A stretch of DNA of 64,000 bases from a bacterium (GCA_963654285.1 CAVJZG010000003.1:21197-85196), one strand, 5' to 3'; counted from the stretch's first letter, positions 10,391 through 20,948 are shown. Program-made: numbers and translations. Notes: generated by a model from the letters alone, not told the origin.

Positions 10391-10938
10391 TTAAAAATCG
10401 CCTTGCATCAGTATTTCCGTTTTGAAATATTTTTCCTGAAAATCGGTTGCCTTTGCGATGTCCTCTTTGGTAAATGTGTATTCGTTGGGGCAAACCACCC
10501 ATTTATTTTCAATATCGTCAAATCGGCGTATAACGGCAATAACCCTGCCCCTGAAAGCGGAAATCGGTTCGTATATGCCGAGTAAGTAAATATCCTGCGG
10601 TTCGCCGTTCGCGGCATAAACTCGCAATATCCGTAATTGACGGGATAAACAATATCACTGTGTTTGGGATGGCGGGAACCGAGCGGTCTGTCAACCGCAA
10701 CATCGATAACCTTGCCTAAATATTGTTTGCCCGTTTGCAGAGCTTCCGCCTGCTCAAGAAAAACGGAATATTCATGCAAAAGATTGTTTTCCTCGCAATA
10801 AAGTTGGCATGCTTTAACAACTTGATCGTTGCTCATTTCATCGGTTTTAAGCAAGCGGTATCTGTTTACTCCGTTCTTCTTAAAAAATTCCCTTGCGATA
10901 TATGCGGCAAAATCATCGTAATTCTTAAAATCATTCAT
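10391..10938 (-). pseudogene. inorganic pyrophosphatase-family protein, frameshifted near 10620
   Basis: VDRPLGSRHP..IVYPVNYGY is in one frame and VYAANGEPQDIYLLG...IRRFDDIENKWVV in another; the junction reads TGC GAG|TT TAT GCC. Confidence 0.75.
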
Positions 10939-10956
10939 TGCTTTTTACTTGTGATG

Positions 10957-12276
10957 TTATTTTTTGCGTACCCAAATAGCAGGCAAAATCACGGGATCTT
11001 CTTCGCCTGCCGCTTTCATTTGCTCAATAAGCATGAATTTTAAATCCTGCCTTATTTCGGCGTATTCCGGGGCTTTAACAAGGTTTGTTTTCTCATTTGG
11101 ATCTTTTTCCAAATCGTAAAGGAAATCCTCAAAATAAACCATGCTGCTTGCCCTGAGCGCGCCGCTCGGGCGTATGTCACGCACGGAATACATATATTTC
11201 GGTGTCCTTATTGCTCTGCCGCATTGGCTTTCGCTTATTTGCAAAAAAACGCATTCGCGCGCCAATGTCGGGTTTGTGATTTGCGCTGTTAAATCAAATC
11301 CCTCGTATTCGCGAGGGATCGGAATTTCGGCAAGCGAAAGTATGGTGGGCGGAAGGTCGATAAGGCTTGCAAGCCGCGTTTCGCGCCTGCCTCCGCAAAA
11401 TTTGCCGCCTTTAATTATCAGCGGCGTGTGTATGCAGCTGTCGTGGCAACTGCGTTTGTATTCAAGATTGCGCGTTTTGAAATGGCAACCATGGTCGCTT
11501 GAATAGATTAAAACGGTGTCGTCGTATATTCCAAGCTCTTTAAGCTTGCTCACAAGCCTGCCGAAATTGTAATCAAGTCTGTTTATTGCTGATATGTAGT
11601 CGGGATACATTTCTTCGTAATCGCCTTTTAAAAATGTTAAATCGTTCGGAATAGGGTAATCCTTGTAATCGGCAACGGTTTCTTTGTAACCCTCAAATCT
11701 GTGCCTGTCGTTTTGATGGTGCGGTTCAAGCTGGCTCACAAACATAAAAAATGGCTTGCTTTTATCGCATTTATCAAGGTATTCAAGTGCAAAATCGTTT
11801 ATTTTGTCTGCGCGGTAGCCTTTAAAATCTATTCTTTTTTCGTTTTCGTCAAAAACAAAGCCGTCATAGCCGTGTGATGTAAATTCAAGGCAGTCTGCCG
11901 CGCGCCAGTATTGATAGCCGCCTTGCCGCTCTCGCGGAACGGCGGTGTTTTCACAGTGAATTCCCACTCCGGGCAATTTGTTCGAGCCAAGGTGCCATTT
12001 GCCGATGTATGCCGTTTGCCAGCCTGCTTCATTAAAATAATCGGCAAGCGTTTTCGTGCCGCTCGGCAGCGGAATTGCGTTGCTGTGGCAGCCGTTTTGC
12101 GTGGCGTATGTGCCGGTTTGCAGGCAGGCTCTTGCAGGTCCGCAAACAGGTTGGCAGGTAAATTCGTTTTCAAACAGAACCCCTTCGTTTGCAAGCTTCC
12201 ATAAATTCGGCGTTATGTTTTCGTTTATTGTGTCCCATCTTTGTTGGTCGGAAAAATAAAAAATTATGTTTTTCAT
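10957..12276 (-). CDS. Cys-type sulfatase (S1 family)
   Basis: SDQQRWD, CGPARACLQTG (CxPxR formylglycine motif), GKWHL, SDHG, LYDLEKDPNE. Confidence 0.92.
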   Translation of the reverse strand: MKNIIFYFSDQQRWDTINENITPNLWKLANEGVLFENEFTCQPVCGPARACLQTGTYATQNGCHSNAIPLPSGTKTLADYFNEAGWQTAYIGKWHLGSNKLPGVGIHCENTAVPRERQGGYQYWRAADCLEFTSHGYDGFVFDENEKRIDFKGYRADKINDFALEYLDKCDKSKPFFMFVSQLEPHHQNDRHRFEGYKETVADYKDYPIPNDLTFLKGDYEEMYPDYISAINRLDYNFGRLVSKLKELGIYDDTVLIYSSDHGCHFKTRNLEYKRSCHDSCIHTPLIIKGGKFCGGRRETRLASLIDLPPTILSLAEIPIPREYEGFDLTAQITNPTLARECVFLQISESQCGRAIRTPKYMYSVRDIRPSGALRASSMVYFEDFLYDLEKDPNEKTNLVKAPEYAEIRQDLKFMLIEQMKAAGEEDPVILPAIWVRKK

Positions 12277-13337
12277 TTTGTTTCTCCGTTTTGGGATTCG
12301 ATGTAAACGCTTTGCGTGGGATATGCAAAGTCGGTGTCGTTTTTCTCGATTATTTCTTTCACAGCAAAATTCAATTCCTCAATAAAAGCGTAATATTCTT
12401 CTAAATCCGTTATTGTTATGTAGCACCTGATTTGCAGGTTGAGCGAGGATTCGTCAAATTCGCAAAATCTTACTCGAATAAGCGTGTTTTCAACCTTTTC
12501 GTGAGTCACGAGAAAATCGTAAATTTCCGCCTTGCATTTTTTCAGCACTTCGCTTGATGTGGAATAGAGCAATCCGATTTTAAATTCAACAAGTCTTTTC
12601 GTCATCTTTGCATAATTTGTTATGGGTGAATCTGAAAGCTTTGTGTTGGGCACGGCAATGACCGTGTCGTCAAGTTTGCGAACTCTTGTGGAACGCATTG
12701 TAATATCTTCCACATAGCCCGAAAAATCGCTTGTTTCGATAAAATCGCCCACATCAAAAGGTTTGTCAAACATAATCACAAAGCCGGAAATCATGCTTTT
12801 AAGCGAATCCTGTGCTGCAAGCGAAACGGCAAGACCGCCGACGCCCAGCCCCGTAAGCAAACCGTTTATGTTATATCCGAGCTCGGATATAACCATAACA
12901 ATCGCAATGCAAACGGTGAGCACCTTTAATATGTTTGAAACAAATTTAACGGCAATCGAGTTCACTTTTTGGTCGCCGCTTTTGGTGCCGAGATAATCAA
13001 CAAGATTTTCCGATATAAAGCTGATAATGCACCAGCAGGCGATTAAAACGGAAACAATTTTAAATGTGTCGCGAATAATTGTGTGATTGTAGTTTATTAC
13101 AATGCCCAAAAACAAACCCAGCACAATGAAATAAATCGCAACGGGGTGCATAAGGCTGCTTTTGTAACCCTGTCTGCGCTGCGGATATTTGGCAAAAATA
13201 ATTTTGCCGGTTATGCCGAGCACAAGCGAAGCAAGCTTGTTTCTGAATGCCGTAAACAAAATAAAAATCACGGCGCCGATTGCTATGTTGATATATGTGC
13301 CGTAGGTTGTGAAAAATTCTTTGATTGCCTCCATCAT
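12273..13337 (-). CDS. MscS-family mechanosensitive channel
   Basis: GLGVGGLAVSLAAQD...DKPFDVGDFI...GYVEDITMRST...FAYPTQ. Confidence 0.92.
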   Translation of the reverse strand: MMEAIKEFFTTYGTYINIAIGAVIFILFTAFRNKLASLVLGITGKIIFAKYPQRRQGYKSSLMHPVAIYFIVLGLFLGIVINYNHTIIRDTFKIVSVLIACWCIISFISENLVDYLGTKSGDQKVNSIAVKFVSNILKVLTVCIAIVMVISELGYNINGLLTGLGVGGLAVSLAAQDSLKSMISGFVIMFDKPFDVGDFIETSDFSGYVEDITMRSTRVRKLDDTVIAVPNTKLSDSPITNYAKMTKRLVEFKIGLLYSTSSEVLKKCKAEIYDFLVTHEKVENTLIRVRFCEFDESSLNLQIRCYITITDLEEYYAFIEELNFAVKEIIEKNDTDFAYPTQSVYIESQNGETK

Positions 13338-14410
13338 TTGCACTCCTTTTCATCGCAAACGCAGTAAAAATTGCTTTCCCATGCGGGAATGTATGCACTG
13401 TGGCGAAAATAAATTTTATAGTTTTTGTTTAATTCCCAAATTTTTTGCGGCAGCGCAAACATATCCTCGTTTCTGTGATATGCGCATATGTAAAGTTTCG
13501 GCAGGCAGCGTTTTATCGTTTTTTCGCAGCCGCAAAGCGCGTTTAATTCCGCTCCCTCAATATCCATTTTAATAAGCGAAACGGTGTTATCGTTGATTAA
13601 ACCGTCAATCGCTTTAAATTGCGTCGGTTCGCCGCAGGCGGAAAGCCTTGAATTTCTGCCGGCTTTTTTTTCAAAAAACAGGGTTTCGTTTTTGCACCAC
13701 GCTCCTGCATTGTAAAGTAAAACGCCTTGCATACTGTCGGTGTTGCGGCACAGCTTTTTAAAGTTTTTGCCGTCTGGCTCCAGGGCGTAAATGCGGTTGT
13801 ATTTTCCGCCCGTGTATGCAGTAAACTCGCGGATTGTGTCGCCGTCATAAGCACCGCAGTCGATTATTGTTTCGTTGCCGCTTAGGCGGAGGATTTCGTT
13901 GTATATTTTGTTTTTATCCGTTTCGTTGCAGCTGTAAAGGTAATCGACTTTACCGCTGATTTTGAATTTCAGCACATTTGCATATACTCTGCGGCTTTCG
14001 TCGTCTGCCAAATTGTCGTAAACCCGGTGAAATTCGGCTTCGTGCTCCTCAAAATATTTCCCGGTAAATAAGCCGTTGCCGGCAACGGGTATGTCGGGCG
14101 CAAAAACCGGGTGTTCGGCATTCATCGCCTTTATTCTTTCAAGCACATCCGGCAGGTGGGTGGCAAATGCAAGCACAATGTTGAATTCATTGTATTTTTC
14201 GCAAACCTCGCTGTATTTAAGCACTTTTTTGCCCAAAAACGAATGCCCTCTCACAAATTCGTCGCTCGCAAAAATTTCGTTTATTTCAATTCCGTTTTCA
14301 TGCAAAATTTTTATTATTCGTTCGGCAGCGTTTCCCATTCCGTAAACTGCGATTGGCTTGCCGCTTTCCCTGAGCCTTTGCCAAACATCTTTTTCGTTGA
14401 TTTCAAGCAT
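13334..14410 (-). CDS. FkbM-family SAM-dependent methyltransferase
   Basis: IIDCGAYDGDT, ALEPD, IKMDIEGAE, LYICAYH. Confidence 0.88.
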   Translation of the reverse strand: MLEINEKDVWQRLRESGKPIAVYGMGNAAERIIKILHENGIEINEIFASDEFVRGHSFLGKKVLKYSEVCEKYNEFNIVLAFATHLPDVLERIKAMNAEHPVFAPDIPVAGNGLFTGKYFEEHEAEFHRVYDNLADDESRRVYANVLKFKISGKVDYLYSCNETDKNKIYNEILRLSGNETIIDCGAYDGDTIREFTAYTGGKYNRIYALEPDGKNFKKLCRNTDSMQGVLLYNAGAWCKNETLFFEKKAGRNSRLSACGEPTQFKAIDGLINDNTVSLIKMDIEGAELNALCGCEKTIKRCLPKLYICAYHRNEDMFALPQKIWELNKNYKIYFRHSAYIPAWESNFYCVCDEKECK

Positions 14411-14435
14411 AATTTATCATTCCGTTTCCGTAGAT

Positions 14436-14497
14436 ATTATAATATTTAAAATCTTACAAATCAAGGTATTTACAAAGAGTTTAAAAAAGTTTATAAT
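14436..14497. promoter_or_regulatory. back-to-back sigma-A promoters (FkbM operon and phoH operon)
   Basis: Minus: TTGATT-17-TATAAT (14464-14436). Plus: TTTACA-17-TATAAT (14469-14497). Confidence 0.6.
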
Positions 14498-14522
14498 ATA
14501 TCAATAATGTGAAAGGCGAGGT

Positions 14523-15488
14523 ATGATTACGGAACAGATTATCACATTTGACGCTATGGAGCAGGCTGTGAGCCTGTTCGGCTCCTTTGATGAAAATGTT
14601 AAGCTGATTGAAAAGGAATTTGCCGTTTCAATCATAAGCCGAGGCAGCGATTTAAAAATCGTGGGCGATGCGGAAAATGTTTCCCTTGCAGCCCGAGCGG
14701 TAAATGCTTTGCTCACCCTGATAAATAAGGGCGAAACGCTTTCGGATCAAAATGTGCGCTATGCCGTCGGTCTTGTTAAAGAGGGAAACGACGATAAACT
14801 TGCCAACATGGCAACGGACACGGTTTGCATCACGGCAAAGGGCAAGCCGATTAAAGCAAAAACCCTCGGTCAAAAAAAATATTGCGAGGCAATAAGCAAA
14901 AACACAATCACCTTCGGCGTCGGTCCCGCCGGCACGGGCAAAACATATCTTGCTGTTGCTCTTGCAGTAACGGCTTTTCGGGCAAAGCAGGTTGATAAAA
15001 TTATTTTAACACGCCCAGCCGTTGAAGCCGGCGAAAAACTCGGATTCCTGCCCGGCGATTTGCAGAGCAAGGTCGATCCCTATCTTAGACCGCTGTATGA
15101 CGCGTTGTTCGATATGCTCGGCGCGGAAAATTTTCAAAAATATCAGGAGCGCGGTTCAATTGAAGTTGCTCCGCTTGCCTATATGCGCGGCAGAACGCTG
15201 GACGACAGCTTCATCATTCTTGATGAAGCACAAAATACCACGCCCGAGCAAATGAAAATGTTTTTAACAAGGCTCGGCTTTAATTCCAAAATGGTTGTTA
15301 CCGGGGACATCACACAAATCGATTTGCCGGCAGGCAAAAGATCCGGGCTCACAAAGGTTATGCGCATTCTGAAAAACGTAGATGATATCGAAATTTGCAA
15401 ATTCACGCAAAAAGATGTTGTGCGCCACAGACTGGTGCAGGAAATAATCAAAGCGTATGAAAAATACGAAAATGATGAGAGGAAATGA
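14523..15488 (+). CDS. phoH: PhoH-family ATPase
   Basis: GPAGTGKT, RPAVEAGEKLGFLPGD, AYMRGRTL, DEAQN. Confidence 0.95.
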   Translation: MITEQIITFDAMEQAVSLFGSFDENVKLIEKEFAVSIISRGSDLKIVGDAENVSLAARAVNALLTLINKGETLSDQNVRYAVGLVKEGNDDKLANMATDTVCITAKGKPIKAKTLGQKKYCEAISKNTITFGVGPAGTGKTYLAVALAVTAFRAKQVDKIILTRPAVEAGEKLGFLPGDLQSKVDPYLRPLYDALFDMLGAENFQKYQERGSIEVAPLAYMRGRTLDDSFIILDEAQNTTPEQMKMFLTRLGFNSKMVVTGDITQIDLPAGKRSGLTKVMRILKNVDDIEICKFTQKDVVRHRLVQEIIKAYEKYENDERK

Positions 15489-15491
15489 AAA

Positions 15492-15998
15492 ATGGAAAGG
15501 GTAAAGGTTGTTATCAGAAACGATCAAAAAAAGGTTAAGGTGCCGACGGGAATAAGGCTTCTTATCCGCCGTTGCTGCCATGCTGTGCTTGAGCTTGAAA
15601 ATTTTGACGGCTCGGCAGAAGTTTCCGTTCGCTTTGTGGATAATGAGGAAATCAGGCAGCTGAACGCAGAGTACAGAAATATAGACAGGGAAACAGACGT
15701 GCTTTCTTTTCCGCTCGGCGAAAACGGCGTTTACGATGTTAATATGGACACGGGCGCAAAACTGCTCGGCGATATTGTTATTTCCATGGAAAAAGCTATG
15801 GAACAGGCAGAACTTTATAACCATCCGCTTCAGCGCGAAATCGGCTTTTTAACCGTTCATTCCATGCTTCACCTTTTGGGATACGATCATGAAAACGGCG
15901 GCATAGAGGCTGTTCGTATGCGTGAAAAGGAAGAAACCGTGCTCACTCAAATCGGCTGGAAAAGAGACAACAGCTATTATATGGGAGACGAAGAATGA
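15492..15998 (+). CDS. ybeY: rRNA maturation RNase YbeY
   Basis: TDVLSFP, HSMLHLLGYDH. Confidence 0.95.
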   Translation: MERVKVVIRNDQKKVKVPTGIRLLIRRCCHAVLELENFDGSAEVSVRFVDNEEIRQLNAEYRNIDRETDVLSFPLGENGVYDVNMDTGAKLLGDIVISMEKAMEQAELYNHPLQREIGFLTVHSMLHLLGYDHENGGIEAVRMREKEETVLTQIGWKRDNSYYMGDEE

Positions 15999-16891
15999 CG
16001 AAATCCTCATTTATAGCAATAGTAGGCAAACCGAATGTGGGCAAATCATCGTTGCTCAACAGATTGCTCGGTGCAAAAATCGCAATCGTTTCCTCAAAGC
16101 CGCAAACTACGCGCACAAAAATTATGGGCGTGCTCACCTTGGGCGAAACACAGCTTGTGTTTACTGATACTCCGGGCTTTCATAAGCCGCACAATAAACT
16201 CGGCGAATATATGAACAATGCCGTGGGTGACAGTATCGGCGGCACCGATTCGGTGCTTTTTGTAACGGAGCCGCGCGGCGAACTTGACGATAAGGAACTT
16301 GAACTCATAAAAAAGCTTAAGCAGGAAAAGCGAAAGGTTATTCTTGCAATCAACAAAATTGATGTGCTTAAGGATAAAAAAGAACTTTTTGACCGCATTG
16401 TTTATTTGACAAAATTTTATGATTTTGACGCGGTTGTTCCCGTTTCCGCCACAAGGGGCGACGGTATGGACGAGCTTGAGGACGAACTTGTTAAAACCGC
16501 ATGTGAAAGCGTTCACTATTTCCCGGACGATACTTTAACTGATCAGCCGGAAAGAGTGCTTGCTGCGGAAATCATAAGGGAAAAAATCCTGCGCCTTATG
16601 GATAAGGAGGTGCCGCATGGCATTGCCGTTGCCGTTGAAAAAATGCGTGAACGCGACGATAAGGATATTTTGGATATTGACGCCACAATTTATTGCGAAC
16701 GCGAAACGCACAAGGGTATGATTATAGGCAAGCACGGCGCAATGCTCAAAAAAATATCCACTTTTGCAAGGCAGGATCTTGAAAGCTTTTTTGAAATAAA
16801 GGTTAATCTGCACACTTGGGTTAAGGTTAAAGAGGGTTGGAGAAACAAAGAAGGCCTTATTCACAACTTCGGTCTTGACGGGCAGGATTAA
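15995..16891 (+). CDS. era: GTPase Era
   Basis: GKPNVGKS, QTTR, DTPG, NKID, KH domain IIGKHG. Confidence 0.96.
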   Translation: MTKSSFIAIVGKPNVGKSSLLNRLLGAKIAIVSSKPQTTRTKIMGVLTLGETQLVFTDTPGFHKPHNKLGEYMNNAVGDSIGGTDSVLFVTEPRGELDDKELELIKKLKQEKRKVILAINKIDVLKDKKELFDRIVYLTKFYDFDAVVPVSATRGDGMDELEDELVKTACESVHYFPDDTLTDQPERVLAAEIIREKILRLMDKEVPHGIAVAVEKMRERDDKDILDIDATIYCERETHKGMIIGKHGAMLKKISTFARQDLESFFEIKVNLHTWVKVKEGWRNKEGLIHNFGLDGQD

Positions 16892-17009
16892 AATAAAATT
16901 TGTAAAGTCTATTAGAAATCAAATGCATTTTAAACCGCTTTGATTTGGTTTAAAATGGCACAAATGAACGCCGCCGACATAGGATAAAATATTAACGGCG
17001 GTGTTTTTT

Positions 17010-17156
17010 ATGCTTAATGAATATTGGGATAAATTTACGACCACGGGCAGCGTGAATGATTATTTAAGCTATGTTGCCCACAGTCGAAATCAAAAGGCAG
17101 AAATTGATGAAAACAGCAACAAAGGCACTTGTGATAAAGGAACAAACGATAGGTGA
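17010..17156 (+). CDS. YqzL-like small protein (48 aa, not in the ORF track)
   Basis: MLNEYWDKFTTTGSVNDYLSY... resembles the YqzL W..F..TG.I..YL pattern; lies between era and recO, as yqzL does in Bacillus. Confidence 0.7.
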   Translation: MLNEYWDKFTTTGSVNDYLSYVAHSRNQKAEIDENSNKGTCDKGTNDR

Positions 17157-17841
17157 AAGTGACAGGCTTATAACTCTGCTTTCGGCAGAGCGCGGGCTTA
17201 TCCGCGCTTTCGTGCGCCGCGCAAAACTTGCTAAAAGCCGTTCGGCAAGTGCCACCTCGCTTTTTGCCTACGGCGATTTTTCGCTTTATCGCGGCAGAGA
17301 CGCTTACACGGTGGATGATGTTACGCCGATTGAAGTGTTTTTTGATTTGCGAAAGGATATCGAAAGGCTTTCCCTTGCCCAGTATTTTGCACAGCTCTCT
17401 TTTGAGGTCGGCTCGGAGGAACAGCCGTGCGGAGAACTTTTACGCCTTATGCTGAATTCGCTGCATTTGCTTTGCAAGGGCAGCAAGGGGCTTTCACACA
17501 TTAAAGCCGTGTTTGAACTGCGTGCGATGTGCCTTGGCGGCTATATGCCGAGTGTGCTTGCGTGCGATAATTGCGGCACTTATGAAACCGAACTTATGTA
17601 TTTTGATACTTTGGAGGGCAAAATATATTGTGAGAATTGCCCGAAGCCCGGTGCCGTTCCCGTGCCGAAAACGGTGATTAAGGCAATCAGATATATATGC
17701 CTAACGGAGCCGGCAAAGATTTTTTCTTTTTCCTTAAGCGATGAGAATACAAGGCTTCTTGCCGATGTTGCCGAAAAATACACAATTGGCAGAATACAGC
17801 GCGGTCTTTCCGCACTTGAATTTTATAAGGCACTTAAATAA
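17107..17841 (+). CDS. recO: DNA repair protein RecO
   Basis: IGESDRLITLLS N-terminus, CDNC...CENC zinc finger; downstream of era. Confidence 0.92.
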   Translation: MKTATKALVIKEQTIGESDRLITLLSAERGLIRAFVRRAKLAKSRSASATSLFAYGDFSLYRGRDAYTVDDVTPIEVFFDLRKDIERLSLAQYFAQLSFEVGSEEQPCGELLRLMLNSLHLLCKGSKGLSHIKAVFELRAMCLGGYMPSVLACDNCGTYETELMYFDTLEGKIYCENCPKPGAVPVPKTVIKAIRYICLTEPAKIFSFSLSDENTRLLADVAEKYTIGRIQRGLSALEFYKALK

Positions 17842-17872
17842 ACGGTTTATTGAAAAATTTAGGAATACTGAT

Positions 17873-20245
17873 ATGAACAAACATTTTGAAGCACTTGAAC
17901 TGAATATTGTGCTTGATATGCTTGCCGCCGAAACCTGCTGCCCCGATGCGGCAGAGCAGGCGAAAAGCATAAAGCCTGTTTTTGACATGGCAGACGCGGA
18001 AAGGCTGCTTTGCCAAACGGAGGACGCGTTTTCTTTGCTTGCGCGTTTCGGTGCGCCGTCTTTTTCGGGGCTCGGAAATGTAAACAACGCATTACACAGA
18101 GCCGCTGCCGGCGGCGAACTTAATACATATGAACTGCTTGAAATCGGCAGCACGCTTCGCGCTGTGCGCACGCTTTACGAATGGTACGGTCATTGCAGCG
18201 GAGTGCGCACCGCGCTTGATTATTTCTTTGAGGGAATCACGGTTAACAAATATCTTGAAGATAAAATTTTTTCCGTTATTGTTTCAGAGGATGAAATTTC
18301 CGATAAGGCTTCGGACGGGCTTTTTGAAATCAGGCGCAAAATGCGAGCCAAGGCAAATTCCGTGCGCGAAAAGCTTGATTCTATGATTCATTCCACGCAT
18401 TATCAAAAATTTTTGCAGGAGCCGATTGTAACCCAACGAAACGGCAGATTTGTTGTGCCTGTAAAATCGGAGCATCGTGGCGATGTGCCGGGGCTTGTGC
18501 ACGATATGTCCGCCTCCGGAGCCACTGTGTTTATCGAGCCGGTTTCCGTTGTTGACGCCAATAACGATATTAAAATGCTGCAAAGCAGCGAGCGTGATGA
18601 AATTCGCAGGATTTTGTTTGAACTTTCTGGCGAGGCAGGCAATTTTTCGGAAAGCATAAAGCATTCCTACGAAAGCGCGGTGCAGCTTGATTTGATTTTT
18701 GCAAAGGCGCATCTTGCATATGATATGAAAGCCACGAAGCCGATTTTGAACAACGAGGGAATAACACTGCTCAAAAAGGCGCGACATCCTTTACTTGAAC
18801 CTAAAAAAGCCGTACCCGTAAATATTTCACTCGGTGAAAAGTTCGACACACTTGTTATCACAGGTCCGAACACGGGCGGCAAAACCGTTTCGATAAAAAC
18901 GGTGGGTCTGCTCAGCCTTATGGCAATGTGCGGTCTTCTTGTGCCTGCTGCGGATCAATCAAGAATTGCCGTTTATAACGGAGTTTATGCCAATGTGGGT
19001 GATGAGCAGAGTATTCAGCAAAATCTTTCCACATTTTCGGCAAATATGGTAAACGTGATTGAAATTATGCGCGAGGCAGGCGAAAACTCCCTTGTTCTTA
19101 TAGACGAACTCGGCGCAGGCACGGATCCTGTTGAGGGTGCTGCGCTTGCTGTTTCAATCATTGAATATCTGCGTGCCAAGGGAGCGAAGATCGCCGCAAC
19201 AACTCATTACGCGGAGCTTAAAGCATATGCGCTCAACACCCCGGGCGTAATAAACGGCTGCTGTGAATTTGACGTGGAAACCTTAAGACCCACATATAAT
19301 TTGCTTATTGGCGTGCCCGGCAGGTCAAACGCCTTTGCAATTTCCGAACATCTCGGAATGGAAAAAAGCGTTATAGAAGAAGCAAAAAAGTTTATCGGTA
19401 GCGAAAATCAGTCGTTTGAAAGCGTTCTTCAAAAGCTTGAGGAAACCAGGCTTGAGCTTGAAAAAGAAAAAGAGAAAGCTGAAAAAGCAGTGCAGGATGC
19501 CGATAAAATGCGCAGCCGCGCACAATCGGAAAAGGACAAAATCGCTCAGCTCAAAGCAAACGAACTCGAAAAAGCAAAGCGAGAGGCGAAAAAAATCATC
19601 GATTTGGCAAAACGCCAAAGCGCGGATTTTCTGCTTCGCCTCGATCAGCTTAAAAAAGAGGCGAATTCCCAAACTGCAACGGATGTGGCAAGAAAAACAC
19701 GCCGCGAAATCAAAAACAGAATCGGTGAGATGGAGGAAACGGTTGATCCGCGCACGCTTGCCGAGGAATGGGACAATGATTATAAGCTTCCGCGCCAAAT
19801 CGTTAAGGGCGATGCCGTAATAATCAGAGGCATAGGATTGGGCGAGGTGCTCGAAGTTAATAAAAACAATGTGCTTGTGCAATCCGGTATGCTGAAAACA
19901 CGTGTTAAAATGAGCGATTTAATGCTTACGAAAAAGCCGAAAAAAGCTCCGGCTCAACAAACACGTTCGGTTTACCGAACCACATCGCGCGCGGACGCGG
20001 ATGTTCGCACAGAACTTGATTTGCGCGGTCAAACCGTCGAGGAAGCAATTGCAAATGTGCAGATCTTCATCGATAAATGCGTGCTCAACAATATTTCGGA
20101 AATCAGAATAATTCACGGCAAGGGCACCGGAGCATTGCGCGCGGCGGTTACGCAGGAACTGAAAAACCACCCGAATGTGTCTGAATTCAGGCTGGGCGTT
20201 TACGGAGAGGGCGAAAGCGGCGTAACAATCGCAAAACTTAAATGA
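17873..20245 (+). CDS. mutS2: MutS2 endonuclease / ribosome-collision factor
   Basis: TGPNTGGKT, DELGAGTDP, coiled coil, C-terminal Smr domain (LDLRG...IIHGKGTG). Confidence 0.95.
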   Translation: MNKHFEALELNIVLDMLAAETCCPDAAEQAKSIKPVFDMADAERLLCQTEDAFSLLARFGAPSFSGLGNVNNALHRAAAGGELNTYELLEIGSTLRAVRTLYEWYGHCSGVRTALDYFFEGITVNKYLEDKIFSVIVSEDEISDKASDGLFEIRRKMRAKANSVREKLDSMIHSTHYQKFLQEPIVTQRNGRFVVPVKSEHRGDVPGLVHDMSASGATVFIEPVSVVDANNDIKMLQSSERDEIRRILFELSGEAGNFSESIKHSYESAVQLDLIFAKAHLAYDMKATKPILNNEGITLLKKARHPLLEPKKAVPVNISLGEKFDTLVITGPNTGGKTVSIKTVGLLSLMAMCGLLVPAADQSRIAVYNGVYANVGDEQSIQQNLSTFSANMVNVIEIMREAGENSLVLIDELGAGTDPVEGAALAVSIIEYLRAKGAKIAATTHYAELKAYALNTPGVINGCCEFDVETLRPTYNLLIGVPGRSNAFAISEHLGMEKSVIEEAKKFIGSENQSFESVLQKLEETRLELEKEKEKAEKAVQDADKMRSRAQSEKDKIAQLKANELEKAKREAKKIIDLAKRQSADFLLRLDQLKKEANSQTATDVARKTRREIKNRIGEMEETVDPRTLAEEWDNDYKLPRQIVKGDAVIIRGIGLGEVLEVNKNNVLVQSGMLKTRVKMSDLMLTKKPKKAPAQQTRSVYRTTSRADADVRTELDLRGQTVEEAIANVQIFIDKCVLNNISEIRIIHGKGTGALRAAVTQELKNHPNVSEFRLGVYGEGESGVTIAKLK

Positions 20246-20448
20246 TTTTGCGCCTGCACGGCAGGTTTATTTCCGGGAATTTCAATGTTCTTAATATCAA
20301 TGTATATAATTAAATATTTAGATCCAAAACGGGCGGTGCGAATTTTGATTTGCACCGCCTCATTTTGTGTGTTGTGCTTGCTTGCGTGCGATATTTTGTG
20401 TCAATCTGAAACGGTAAAATATTCTTTGTAAAATATTTGTTTTTATGC

Positions 20449-20477
20449 TTGACTTATTGCCTCCGTTTATGTATAAT
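20449..20477 (+). promoter_or_regulatory. sigma-A promoter of ylxM-ffh
   Basis: TTGACT-17-TATAAT. Confidence 0.7.
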
Positions 20478-20548
20478 AACTCTTGCTGTAAAGACTAAAT
20501 ACTTTACATATGTTTCATCTTGCAAAGCGTTCGGAAAGAGGGATAATA

Positions 20549-20914
20549 GTGGCGAAAAATCTTGAAATATCGTTTCTTCTTGATTTTTACGGCGAAATGC
20601 TCACGAAAAAGCAGCATGATTTCCTGATTTATTATTATGACGAGGATTTGTCGCTTTCCGAAATTGCGGAAAACGAGGGCATCACGCGCCAAGGGGTGCG
20701 CGACGCTATTAAAAGAGCCGAAAATCAGCTCTTTGATATGGAAAACAGATTGGGTCTTGCAAAGCGTTTTAATTTAATGCGTCGCGGGCTTGATGAAATT
20801 GTTGAAAGTGCTGAGGCTATAAACGAATATAACCTTAACCACAGCCTTTCAAGAGAAATTAACGACAGTGTTTCAAAAATCAAATCAACTGCGGATTATC
20901 TTTTAAAGCTTTGA
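20549..20914 (+). CDS. ylxM: YlxM family DNA-binding / SRP-associated protein
   Basis: LLDFYGEMLT.KQ...DLSLSEIAE..ITRQGVRDAIKR; GTG start; precedes ffh. Confidence 0.92.
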   Translation: MAKNLEISFLLDFYGEMLTKKQHDFLIYYYDEDLSLSEIAENEGITRQGVRDAIKRAENQLFDMENRLGLAKRFNLMRRGLDEIVESAEAINEYNLNHSLSREINDSVSKIKSTADYLLKL

Positions 20915-20948
20915 TTGATTTTATTTAAGCAGCAGGGAGTTGATTGCT

